Shown: positions 18,161 through 27,829, numbered from the stretch's first letter. The stretch: 64,000 nucleotides of DNA from an uncultured Planctomycetaceae bacterium (GCA_963813715.1 CAWFAK010000009.1:320001-384000), one strand, 5' to 3'. Notes: generated by a model from the letters alone, not told the origin. Numbers and translations: made by a program.

Positions 18161-19624
18161 TTACATCTTGTTCGAGCAACCCGGGGCCGGAGCCGGTTGG
18201 CACGTCTGGCAGCCCGGTCCGCAGGGAACCTGACGGCAGACGGTCCGGGGGACACAACGAGTCACCGTGTACTGCACTTGCCGCGGCACGCAGCGGCTGC
18301 AGGTCTTGTAGTGCGTCTCACAGACCTGGTGGCAGGTCGTGTAAGGAACCTTCTTCGTGCAGGTCTCCTGCGTGTAGGTGCAGGTGTGGTAGGGGACCAT
18401 CTTCGTGCAGGTCTCCTGGACCATGTGGCACGTCACGTAGGGGATCGTCTTCTGGCAGACTTCCTTGTGCCACGTGCAGCTCACGTAAGGAATCTGCTTC
18501 TGGACCGTGTAGTGCTGCCACGTGCAGCTCGTGTAGGGGACGGTCTTGTGGCAGACTTCCTGCGTGTACGTGCAGGTCGTGTAAGGAACGCGCTTCGTGC
18601 AGGTCTGCTGAGTGTAGGTGCAGACGGTGTAAGGCACCTTCTGGACCGACTGAACCGGAACTTGGCGGCAGACCGTGTACGGGCACTGCGAGTGCTTCAC
18701 TTCCATCTCGTAACGCGTGCAAGTCTGCTCTTGCTTCACGATCTTCGGCACCCAGACGCGGCGGCAGCACTGCGTGCCGGGGCACTGGACCTGGACCATG
18801 TGGCAAGCACCGGGCTGGTAACGGCAGCAGCAAGTGTTCGGATCGTAGCACCACGTGCCCGGATCACACTGGCACTGATTCATCACCGGGCCGGGAATGT
18901 TCTCGACCTGGTTCTGCCATTCGCCACAGTCGACGTCGACCATGTTCTTCTCGACGACCGGCTTGCACTCCGTGTAGGTCACGTCGCGGTAGCAGGTCTG
19001 TTGTTCGGTCTTCCACGTCGTCGTGCAGACGTCTTTGGTGCACGTCTCGTAGTGGGGCGTGCAGACGTTGTAGCAGACGTCGCGGTAGCAGGTCTGGTAG
19101 CAGGGCTTGCAGACCGTGTAGCAGACGTCCTTGTAACAGGTCTGGAAGCACGGCTTGCAGACCGGGACGCAGCACGTCTTGTAGCAGGTCTGGAAGCACG
19201 GCTTGCAGACGGTGAAGCAGCAGGTCTTGTAGCACGTCTGGAAGCAGGGCTTGCAGTACGTGTGGCAGACCGGCTTGTAGCACGTCTGGTGGTGGGGGAC
19301 ACAGACCGTGGAGCAGACGTCCTTCCAGCAGGTCTCCTGAACGTTGCGGGTGCAGGTGTACGGGATCTGCTCGCAAACGCGGTCATAGACCGTCTTGCAG
19401 CAGGTCTCGTTGTGCTGTTCCCAAACCGTCTCCTGCACCGTCTTCATGCAGACAGGGTCTGGGCAGCAGCAGCTCTTGGCGGCAGTGAAGTCGCCGGCCG
19501 GCGCACAACACGTCGGCGGGCAACAGCTATAGCTCTGCGTACCGCAGAGCCCCGCGTCGACGCTGTTGGCAAAGAGCGCTAGCGCCAGCGCGGCAAGCAT
19601 TGTTTCCAGGTGTGCGGTCTTCAT
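18161..19624 (-). CDS. Secreted Cys/Thr/Val-rich YTV-type repeat protein (putative planctomycete envelope structural protein)
   Basis: Signal peptide ending VDA-G; repeated YTVC/VPYT motifs as in planctomycete YTV proteins; strong codon bias; own terminator. Confidence 0.88.
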   Translation of the reverse strand: MKTAHLETMLAALALALFANSVDAGLCGTQSYSCCPPTCCAPAGDFTAAKSCCCPDPVCMKTVQETVWEQHNETCCKTVYDRVCEQIPYTCTRNVQETCWKDVCSTVCVPHHQTCYKPVCHTYCKPCFQTCYKTCCFTVCKPCFQTCYKTCCVPVCKPCFQTCYKDVCYTVCKPCYQTCYRDVCYNVCTPHYETCTKDVCTTTWKTEQQTCYRDVTYTECKPVVEKNMVDVDCGEWQNQVENIPGPVMNQCQCDPGTWCYDPNTCCCRYQPGACHMVQVQCPGTQCCRRVWVPKIVKQEQTCTRYEMEVKHSQCPYTVCRQVPVQSVQKVPYTVCTYTQQTCTKRVPYTTCTYTQEVCHKTVPYTSCTWQHYTVQKQIPYVSCTWHKEVCQKTIPYVTCHMVQETCTKMVPYHTCTYTQETCTKKVPYTTCHQVCETHYKTCSRCVPRQVQYTVTRCVPRTVCRQVPCGPGCQTCQPAPAPGCSNKM

Positions 19625-19973
19625 CGAACTTGCCCTCGTAAAAGCGATCCATGCGAACAGGGTCGGCGGGTTCACATACCGCCCGTCCCTCTTTACGTCG
19701 TCAACGCAGACCGGAGCCTTGAGTCACTCCACGCACTTCGCCGGGTCTGCCTGACCCTGTTCTTTTGTCTGGGGGACATAACCCCCAAGGGCGTTACAAC
19801 CGACATCCTCGACCGCGCGCGAACCACATGCGCCGTGTGCGACGGCCGGCCCTCGCGCCGTTCGACCGCGACCGCCGGGACGCTTACAATCGCCCGAGCG
19901 CCGCCGAACGGGCGCGCCACGCGTGCCGTCCGCACCGATTGCAACGAGCGATTCGCCCCCCGGGAGCCGACCG

Positions 19974-20799
19974 ATGAAGTTCGCCATCTGCCAGGAGTTG
20001 TTCGAGGACTGGGACTGGGATCGCCAGTGCCGCTTCATCGCGGAAGTCGGCTACACGGGGATCGAGGTCGCCCCCTTCACGTTCGCTCGACGGATCGAAG
20101 AGGTGACCCCCCAACGACGGCGCGAGCTGCGGCAACAGGCTGAGGCTCACGGCCTGTCGATCATCGGACTGCACTGGCTCCTCGCCAAAACTGAAGGGCT
20201 GCACCTGACTTCCGCCGACCCCGCGGTGCGGCGGGCGACGGCCGCCTATCTCGTCGAGCTGACGCACGCCTGCGCGGACCTGGGAGGCGAGCTCTTGGTC
20301 TTCGGCTCCCCCAAGCAACGGGACCTGGCTCCCGGGATGACATACGAGGAAGGCCTCGACCATGCCGCGGAGGTCTTCCGCGCCGCCCTTCCCGCACTCG
20401 CCGAACGTCGTGTGCGACTCTGCCTGGAGCCGCTGACCCCGAAGGAAACCAACTTCCTCAACACGTGCGCCCAAGCGCAGGCGCTGATCGACCGCATCGA
20501 CCACCCCAATCTGGTCCTGCACCAGGATGTGAAGGCGATGCGGCTGGCCGAATCGCAGCCGGTGCCCGCGTTGATCGCCGAGTACGCCGGCCGCGTCGGC
20601 CATTTTCACGCGAACGACACGAACCTGTTGGGTCCAGGAATGGGTGAAACGGACTTCGTGCCGATCTTCGCCGCGCTCTTGCGCGGCGTATTCGGGTTGG
20701 GTTTCGGTCGAGGTGTTCGACTACAGTCCGGGGTGCGAACGCATCGCGCGCGAAAGTTTTCGCGCGATGCAGGACGCGCTCACGCGCGCTTCGGCATGA
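19974..20799 (+). CDS. Sugar phosphate isomerase/epimerase (D-tagatose 3-epimerase-like TIM barrel); frameshift near 20685
   Basis: GYTGIEVAP, LEPL..ETNFLNT, HFHAND, GPGMGETDF; the shifted frame continues YSGWVSVEVFDY to TGA 20797-20799. Confidence 0.88.
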
Positions 20800-21125
20800 A
20801 GAAACGCCGCGCAGACGATCGCGTCGAAAAAAAATCCGAAAATTTTTTCGATGCGATTTTTCGTCGCTGAGCGGCGCGATTCGCACATCGCGACGAGTGC
20901 GCAGCGCACGTGTAAAAAGCGCACAATCAACGAGCGCCAGCGACGCGCGCTACAAAAAAGCCTATTTTTCTCGATGAAAATGCGCGCTGCGCAACCTGCG
21001 CGCGCGGCGCAATGCGCTCACGGGCGATGACTTGCGTCGCGCGCGCTGCGCACGGCGCAAGCGGAGACCGCGCCACCGTCGTGACTTGTGACGATTCCTG
21101 CGCGCTCAAAGACGACGTAAATGGC

Positions 21126-21153
21126 TTGCAAGAATTTTTGAAATCCGTAGGAT
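21126..21153 (+). promoter_or_regulatory. Putative sigma70 promoter
   Basis: TTGCAA-N16-TAGGAT with an A/T-rich spacer, upstream of the structured leader and micropeptide. Confidence 0.45.
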
Positions 21154-21177
21154 GACCGCATTAGTTGCAGGTCCTAA

Positions 21178-21361
21178 GTGACCGGCGCGAATCGCGGAGA
21201 AGAAAAGTTGATGCAATCAACCGGACACTCAACGAGACGAGCCTTGGTCAACAGGAGTTGCAAACCGGCTTGTCACGGTTGACACGCCGGTGAGGAGTTC
21301 AGTTTCGTGACCACTTAACGCCGAATACTAGCCCGGTGTGCCAGCGGCGAGATTTGGTCAC
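21178..21361 (+). ncRNA. Candidate structured RNA / 5' leader
   Basis: Complementary segments GTGACCGG(21178)/TTGGTCAC(21361), TGGTCA(21245)/TGACCA(21308), and apical hairpin ACCGGC-TGTCA..TGACA-GCCGGT (21264-21291). Confidence 0.35.
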
Positions 21362-21388
21362 AGGTTTGGCTCTGTAAGGAGAATTACG

Positions 21389-21460
21389 GTGGCCAAGAAG
21401 AAAGCTGCGAAGAAGGGTGCAAAGAAGGCGAAGAAGGCAAAGAAGAAAGCCAAGAAGTAG
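21389..21460 (+). CDS. 23-aa Lys/Ala-rich histone H1-like micropeptide MAKKKAAKKGAKKAKKAKKKAKK
   Basis: TAAGGAG Shine-Dalgarno 7 nt before GTG; 14 Lys, 7 Ala; TAG stop inside a hairpin; too short for the ORF track. Confidence 0.75.
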   Translation: MAKKKAAKKGAKKAKKAKKKAKK

Positions 21461-21648
21461 CGCACGCTACTTGCCTGCCTGATTTTGCACGAATCGTGCA
21501 CGAAGCGGTCGAGTGAATTTCTCGGCCGCTTCTGCTTTCGAACGACTCTCGCTTCAAGCGTTCGCGGATTCGTGTGCCGCATTTTCTCGACGGCAGCTCC
21601 CAGCGCAGTGCGCAAACCCACTCCCAAGCCAAACGGGAAGACGAAAGA

Positions 21649-22377
21649 TCAGTCGGCGCGGTGGGGGACTGGCTTGCCTTCGATCTCGCACAGAGCGTTG
21701 AGCGCGGCGCGTTGCTCCGCTTCTTTCTTGCTCGCGCCCCACGCGGCCGGATAGGTCTGAGGGCCGATGGCCGCGGAGATCTTGAAGCACTTGGAGTGGT
21801 CGGGCCCCTTTTCGTCGAGCACTTGATACAGCGGCGTCGCGCCGAATTGCTTCTGCGACATCTGCTGCAGCATGCTCTTATAGTTGCGGCTCAAGCGCGG
21901 CTCGATTTCCAGATCGAGCTCGGGAGCCATCGCCCGCTCGACGAACGCGCGGACCGCTTCGTGTCCGCCATCGAGATAAACGGCCGCCACGATCGACTCG
22001 AACACGCCCGCCAGAATCGACGACGGAATCTGGTGATGCGTGAGCAGCCCCTTGCCCAGGATCAGGTAATCCTGGAGGCCGATCTGCTCGGCGACGCGCG
22101 CGCACGTATTGCGGCTGACCAGCGACGACTTGATCCGCGTCAGCTCTCCCTCGGGATATTCGGGAAAGCGGAGGTAGAGGGCCTCGCAAATGATGCCGCC
22201 CAGAATGGCGTCACCCAAGAACTCGAGCCGTTCGTTCGACTCGATGCGGGTTCGCGCCACGGACGCATGCGTCAGCGCCAGCTCCAACATCGCCCGGTCG
22301 CGAAACTTATACTGAAGAGCCTCTTCGCAGAGTGTGAATTTCGACTCGGCGGTCAGCTCTTCAATCGGTCGCGACAT
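21649..22377 (-). CDS. rnc: Ribonuclease III
   Basis: ALTHAS, NERLEFLGDAILG, GVFESIVAAVYLDGG, and dsRBD NYKSMLQQ..GASKKEAEQRAA. Confidence 0.97.
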   Translation of the reverse strand: MSRPIEELTAESKFTLCEEALQYKFRDRAMLELALTHASVARTRIESNERLEFLGDAILGGIICEALYLRFPEYPEGELTRIKSSLVSRNTCARVAEQIGLQDYLILGKGLLTHHQIPSSILAGVFESIVAAVYLDGGHEAVRAFVERAMAPELDLEIEPRLSRNYKSMLQQMSQKQFGATPLYQVLDEKGPDHSKCFKISAAIGPQTYPAAWGASKKEAEQRAALNALCEIEGKPVPHRAD

Positions 22378-22678
22378 ACCGGCTCCTGCGTTTAAGTTAG
22401 GCCGCAAATCGGGCCGTGTCAATCGGCGGCCAATTCTCCTGGGACACGCAACTCCTTAATTCCTCTTAAGTTCCGGAAACAGGCCTAAAACATTTCTAGC
22501 ATCTCTTTCCAACATCTTGGCGGCGGCAACTCGTATAACAATTGAACGAAGCGACTGCATACAATTCGCCCACCAACGCGGTCGCAGCGAGTTTTTCGGT
22601 TTTACAGGCAGAGGTGCCTCCCCCAACCAAAAATGGGCCTGGGGTGCCTTCGACAATCAGCAAGCAGGAGGAACGTTC

Positions 22679-24190
22679 ATGAGATTGGTCCAGCGAAACG
22701 CAAAGTGGCTAGCCGTTTTAGCGTGCGGCGTGATGCTCGGCGGCGCCGCCATGGTTGTGGGAGAAGTCGGACACGGCAAACAGCACGCCGAAGCGACCGA
22801 CGTCCGCCAACTCTCCAAGGTCTTTCGCGAGGTCTCCAAGAAGGCCCGCCCGGCAATCGTCGAAATCCGCACCACGGGGAAGGCTCAGACCGTCGGGAAC
22901 CCGATGGGTGAGGGCGGCGAAGACAACCCCATGGGCGAACTCTTCAAGAATCAGCCGGAGTTGCGGCAGTTCTTCCGTCAGCGGCAGATGCAGCCCGTCG
23001 TGCCTCACGGCATGGGCTCGGGCTTCGTGATTGATCCGCGCGGAATCATCATGACCAATCGGCACGTCGTGAACGGCGCTTCCGAGGTCAAAGTCCGCTT
23101 TGCGGACGGCCGCGAGTATGACGCCACCGGGATCAAAACCGATCCCAAGACCGACATCGCCATCTTGCGGGTCACCCCCGCTGCGGGCGAGCACTTCGAG
23201 GCACTGCCGCTGGGTAACAGCGATCAGTCCGAAGTGGGCGACTGGGTGCTGGCGATCGGCAGCCCGTTTGGTCTCGACATGTCGGTGACCGCCGGGATTG
23301 TCAGCGCGAAGGGGCGCCACATCGATAAGACCGACCGCGAAGACTTCATCCAGACCGACGCGGCCATCAATCCGGGGAACAGCGGCGGACCGCTGTTGAA
23401 CCTGGACGGCGAAGTGATCGGCATCAACACAGCCATCTCCACCCGCAGCGGCGGGTACGACGGCGTCGGCTTCGCCGTGCCGATCAATATGGCCCACTGG
23501 GTGTCGGATCAGTTGATCACCAAGGGCGCGGTTCGTCGTGCCTACCTGGGCGTCGGCATTCAGCAGGTGAACCCGACGATTGCCGCGGTGCTCCACGTGA
23601 ACGTCGGTGAAGGCGCGATCGTGGGCGAGATCAAAAAGGGTTCGCCCGCCGAGAAGGCCGGACTGAAGACGCAGGACGTGGTTCTCGACTTCAACGGACA
23701 GAAGGTTGACGGCCCGAGCGATCTGGCCGGCGTGGTCGAGCGTCTGGACGTCGGCAAGACTTACCCGATGACCATCATCCGCGACGGCAAGCGGATGTCG
23801 ATCCCCGTGACCGTGCAGGAAATGCCGTCTCACTACTCGGTCTTCGAGAAAGAAGACGCCGAGCAGGGGAACACGGAGAACAACGCCAATCCCGAGACGA
23901 TGTCGTTCGACGACATGGGCCTCGAAGTCCGCGAGCTGACGCCGCAACTGGCGACCCAACTCGGACTGAAGGACGTCAAGGGCGTTGTGGTCGGCACGGT
24001 GAAGCCGGGCAGCCCGGCGGCCGAAGCCGGCCTGAGCGAGGGCATGGTGATCGAGACCGTCAACAAGAAGCCGGTGACCAGCCCGGAACAGTTCAAGGAA
24101 GCCTTGCAGCACACGTCGCTGAAGAACGGACTGATCTTCCAGGTCCGGACGTCTCGCGGCACGACCCTGCTGGGCATCCGCAAAGGCTAA
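22679..24190 (+). CDS. degP: Do/DegP-type HtrA serine protease with two PDZ domains
   Basis: GSGFVI, TNRHVV, TDIAIL, QTDAAINPGNSGGPL; two PDZ domains; GGAGG RBS. Confidence 0.93.
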   Translation: MRLVQRNAKWLAVLACGVMLGGAAMVVGEVGHGKQHAEATDVRQLSKVFREVSKKARPAIVEIRTTGKAQTVGNPMGEGGEDNPMGELFKNQPELRQFFRQRQMQPVVPHGMGSGFVIDPRGIIMTNRHVVNGASEVKVRFADGREYDATGIKTDPKTDIAILRVTPAAGEHFEALPLGNSDQSEVGDWVLAIGSPFGLDMSVTAGIVSAKGRHIDKTDREDFIQTDAAINPGNSGGPLLNLDGEVIGINTAISTRSGGYDGVGFAVPINMAHWVSDQLITKGAVRRAYLGVGIQQVNPTIAAVLHVNVGEGAIVGEIKKGSPAEKAGLKTQDVVLDFNGQKVDGPSDLAGVVERLDVGKTYPMTIIRDGKRMSIPVTVQEMPSHYSVFEKEDAEQGNTENNANPETMSFDDMGLEVRELTPQLATQLGLKDVKGVVVGTVKPGSPAAEAGLSEGMVIETVNKKPVTSPEQFKEALQHTSLKNGLIFQVRTSRGTTLLGIRKG

Positions 24191-24230
24191 GCCCCTTTGC
24201 TGTGAGCGAGTTTGCTTGTTGATTTGACGA

Positions 24231-24269
24231 AGGCCGGGACCATCGCTTGCGGTGGTCCTGGCTTTTTTG
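24231..24269 (+). terminator. Rho-independent terminator after degP
   Basis: AGGCCGGGACCATCGC-TT-GCGGTGGTCCTGGC then TTTTTT. Confidence 0.8.
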
Positions 24270-24280
24270 TTGCTGCGGGG

Positions 24281-24377
24281 TGGCACTGGCGGCTTGTCCG
24301 CCAGTGATATTTTCCCGTGAGTCGCAAGTGGACGCCGGAGTCGTGAGAGGACACTGGCGGACAAGCCGCCAGTGCCA
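24281..24377. repeat. REP doublet of a second family (26-bp perfect inverted repeat)
   Basis: TGGCACTGGCGGCTTGTCCGCCAGTG ... CACTGGCGGACAAGCCGCCAGTGCCA. Confidence 0.85.
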
Positions 24378-24404
24378 GCCAATCACGAACCTGTTGTCGC
24401 TGGA

Positions 24405-25352
24405 CTAGCTTGGCACCAGCGCTTCGATATGCGCCTGCACCGACTCGGGGAGCACGTCGAGGTTGTAGCCTCCCTCGAGCAGGCTCACGATCTTGCCGCC
24501 GCAGTATTGGTCGGCGCAGGCGGCGACCATCTCCGTGAGCGCGACAAAGTCCTCGTTTTCCAATCCCAGCGAGCCGACCGGATCAGCCCGATGCGCGTCG
24601 AATCCGGCGCTGATCAGAATCAATTCGGGCTGCGCGCGCTGGGCGGCGCGCTCGAGCGCCGTCGCGAAGCGTTCGAGAAACTCGCGCCGCGGAATGCCAA
24701 ACCGCAGCGGCAGGTTGGAGATGGCCCCCAACCCGGGACCGGTTCCTGTTTCGTTCGCGTCCCCCGTGCCGGGATAAAACGGAAAGCGGTGCGACGAGAA
24801 GAAGTGGACGCGACCATCGGAGTAAAAGGCGTCCTGCGTGCCGTTGCCGTGATGCACGTCCCAATCGACGATCAACACGCGGGACAGGCCCAGCTTGTCC
24901 ACGGCGTGCCGCGCGGCCACGGCCACATTGTTGAAAAGACAAAAGCCCATCGGCGCGTCGTAAAGCGACATGGTGACCCGGCGGACGAACCAGGCACAAG
25001 GCTCGGCGAGCACGCCGCGCGATGACTTCCTCCGTCGCAGCGACCGCGGCCCCGGCGGCCCGCACGGCGGCATCGTACGAATCGGTGCTCATCACCGTGT
25101 CGGCTTCGACCTGTCCTCCCCCGCGCGGGCCCACACTTCGACCTGGCGGATGTAGCCGGCCTCATGGGCCCGGCCCAATTCCTCGAGCGTCGCCGGACGG
25201 ACGGTCCCGAAGTCGAACCGCTCGTCGAGGTGCGTCGTCGCCAGATGTGCATAAAGTCGCCGCAGCCGCTCAGGGCACTCGGGGTGCCGACCGGTCTCGT
25301 GGCGGAGGAACCAGGGGTCACTATAAAGGAGGGCCGAAACGGGACCGGGCAT
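24405..25352 (-). CDS. Histone deacetylase family protein (several frameshifts between 24960 and 25130)
   Basis: [50 protein letters not shown] spread over three frames. Confidence 0.92.
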
Positions 25353-25593
25353 GATCAGTCAGACTCCCGTCTCCAAACTCGCGCGGTTGCAATTGGGTAT
25401 CTGGGAAAATCGGCCGTCGCGGAACCAATCCGCGGCGCCATGAGTCTCTATTGTGGAGAAAACCCGGGACGAGGCCTACGGTCTGGGCCCGTCGGAGTCG
25501 ATTCCCCGGCCGGTCTGAGTAGTTTCCCGGAGGCGCGACCGTCAACCGTGCCCCTCCTGACGTAGAAACGGTCGGGCCTGTCGTTAAACGTCC

Positions 25594-25621
25594 TTGACAG
25601 TCGCGAAAACGGGGTGATAAC
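25594..25621 (+). promoter_or_regulatory. Putative sigma70 promoter
   Basis: Perfect TTGACA then N16 then GATAAC, upstream of the 25.9-33.5 kb plus-strand gene run. Confidence 0.45.
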
Positions 25622-25768
25622 GTAAAGAAGGGAAGGCCGAATTCTCGGCGATGGTGCACATTTGATTCGTGGTTGCTACGGGCCAACGACCACTAGGATG
25701 TTCCTCCAAAATGCTCGACTTCCCCGGCGGGCGCAGCTCTCACCGACTCGTATCCATAATCATCGCAT

Positions 25769-25800
25769 CATCTTGAGTGGCTCAGCATCTTGAGTGGCTC
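25769..25800. repeat. 15-bp direct repeat (CATCTTGAGTGGCTC x2)
   Basis: Copies at 25769-25783 and 25786-25800. Confidence 0.85.
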
Positions 25801-25909
25801 TTCATCACCCTGAGCGGCCGCGGCGCCTCGCGAACCCTGGGTCCACGACCCCGAGGCGGCCCGATCTCTCTTTGCCCGCGAGTGGAACGCAGAGTGAAGG
25901 ATTCTCTCG

Positions 25910-27535
25910 GTGCACCGATCGACAGCCTGCCGGCTTGAATCGACAACGAGATCATTGACCGGAGCGTCCGCCGCCTGCCGGCGCACGCCCGCTCGGCCCG
26001 CTTTCCGCGAGATGCTGTTCGGCGCCACCTTGTGGTCGCCCGCATCCTTGGTCCTGGCCGCGGCCCTCGTGCTCTTCAGCTTCGGCCCGTCGGCCCGCTC
26101 GCAGGACGCTCCCCCCAAGGAAACGGACAAAAAAGCGGATCCCGGGAAAGGCGACTTCGCCCCCCCCGATGACGATTCCAAGAACGACGCCAAGTCCGAC
26201 GACAAATCAGGCGACGACAAGGCAAAGTCGAAGGATAAGGACGACGACGAATCCAAGTCGACGAGCGACGATCGCTCGGCCTTGCCCCGCGGCATGTCGG
26301 TTCCTCCGCCGCGCCCGCCGGAGTTCACGCTCAACGACCCCAAGAACGACCGACGAAGAATGGAAGAGCTGGAGCAAAGGGAAGGCCCGCGGCGATTTCA
26401 CCAGTCGCGTTCAAGCCGGAGGCCGCGATGGCGCCTCGGACAAGGTCGTGCAGGACGGCATCCGGCAGCAACTCGCCGCGATGACGCTGCCCGCCATGCG
26501 GGATCCCAAGGCTGACCGTTTCCAAATCTCCGACATCGTGCAGGGACTGCTCCGCTCTGTCCACACGGCCGCCAACAAGCTGCCGGCCGGCGACCAGCGG
26601 CAATACCGCACCTTCATGATGCAGGAGATCATTAAGGACTGTCGCGAGCTGCAACTGGGCAGCAATCAGTACTATGTGCGTCTCAACGCGGCCGTGTTGC
26701 TCTCCAACCTCTTCATCGAGGAGTTCAACAGGTCCGCGAAGACGGACCCGGAGTTTTACACGCCGGCGTTCGACGCTCTGATGGAAATCCTCGACAAAGA
26801 GGGGCAGAGCGAAGCGGTGAAGCTGACCGCCATCGCCGGACTGCGGAACTGTTGCCTCTACGGCAGTCCGCCGCTCGCCATCGCTGATAACGTCAAGCTG
26901 GCCCGCAAGCTGATCTCCGAGCTCGACAAGCCCAGCTCGAACGAGTGGTACCAGGAGCGGCTGTGCGACGCCCTCTCCTGTGTCGACCAGGTGCACGACC
27001 TCAACGGCCAGCCGTTCATCGTGCAAGCACTGAGCAAGGCGCTGTTCGATCCGGCCCGTCCCCTGTGTGCCCGGGCGGCGGCCGCCCGCGCTCTGGGCCG
27101 CGCGCCCTCGATCCGTCGATCGATCTCAACGTGATCGCTTACGGCATTGCCGACCTCAGCCGGCAGATGGTCGAAGCCCGCAACGACGGGAAGAAGCACG
27201 TCCGCCGCTGGTGTGTCGCCTATATCTTCCTGGCCTTCCAGCCGAAGGACTCGGGCGAGAAGTCGCGGCGGGCCGGCCTGCTCGACCGCGTCGACGAGCC
27301 GAGCTTCTCACGTTATAAAAAGTCGGTGGTCGGAGCCTGGAACATCATCAAGCCGATGATCGTGGAAGAGCTCAAGCACCGCGCCGAGCCCGACATCGAG
27401 TTCCCCCAGGAAGTGCTGACACCGATCGTCGAATGGCTGAAGACCAACACGCCGGCCGTTCTGCAAATCTCGCCCAACATGCCGCCGGTGACCACCACCC
27501 AGGTCACTAAAGTCGACTCGACAGGCAGCAAGTAA
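25910..27535 (+). CDS. Secreted helical-repeat hypothetical protein (frameshifts near 26350 and 27105)
   Basis: Signal peptide (LVLAAALVLFSFGPSARSQ), D/K-rich linker, HEAT-like helices; ORFs 25910..26515, 26169..27134 and 26945..27535 form one codon-biased gene. Confidence 0.65.
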
Positions 27536-27575
27536 CGCCTGCCGGCGAAGCGCCCGAACAGGGCACAAGCGTCCC

Positions 27576-27625
27576 TTCGGGCTTAGGTCATTCGGACATT
27601 CTTTCGTCATTCGTGCTTCGTGCTT
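27576..27625. repeat. Second copy of the heptamer-type intergenic element
   Basis: 49 of 50 bases identical to 3481-3530. Confidence 0.85.
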
Positions 27626-27829
27626 TTCGGTTGAGTGACCCGGCTCTTGCGCTCGGAAGTGCGGTCCGGATTGCTCTTTGCCCAGATCACGCGGATTGTT
27701 AGGATTCGCGTCCTCTCGCGCTATCCTCTCCGTCTTTCCAGACTTTCTCGTCAGTCTGCCTCGCGACCTCGCCTCGCCATTCGTCCGTTCTTCCTGTTCC
27801 CAATTCGACATCCCAAATTCGACTCCGTC

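Noticed and set aside
18161..19420. Regularly spaced repeats resembling a CRISPR array
   Set aside because: The 48-bp period is an in-frame 16-aa protein repeat with degenerate third positions; there are no unique spacers and no cas genes.
21160..21460. tmRNA or RNase P RNA
   Set aside because: No tRNA-like GGGG..CCA ends or ALAA-type tag, and no GAGGAAAGUCC RNase P motif.
22718..24382. Long antisense ORFs (e.g. 22718..24382, 60336..62039, 55754..57364, 18128..19582)
   Set aside because: Shadow ORFs opposite well-supported genes, expected in high-GC DNA; no recognisable motifs.
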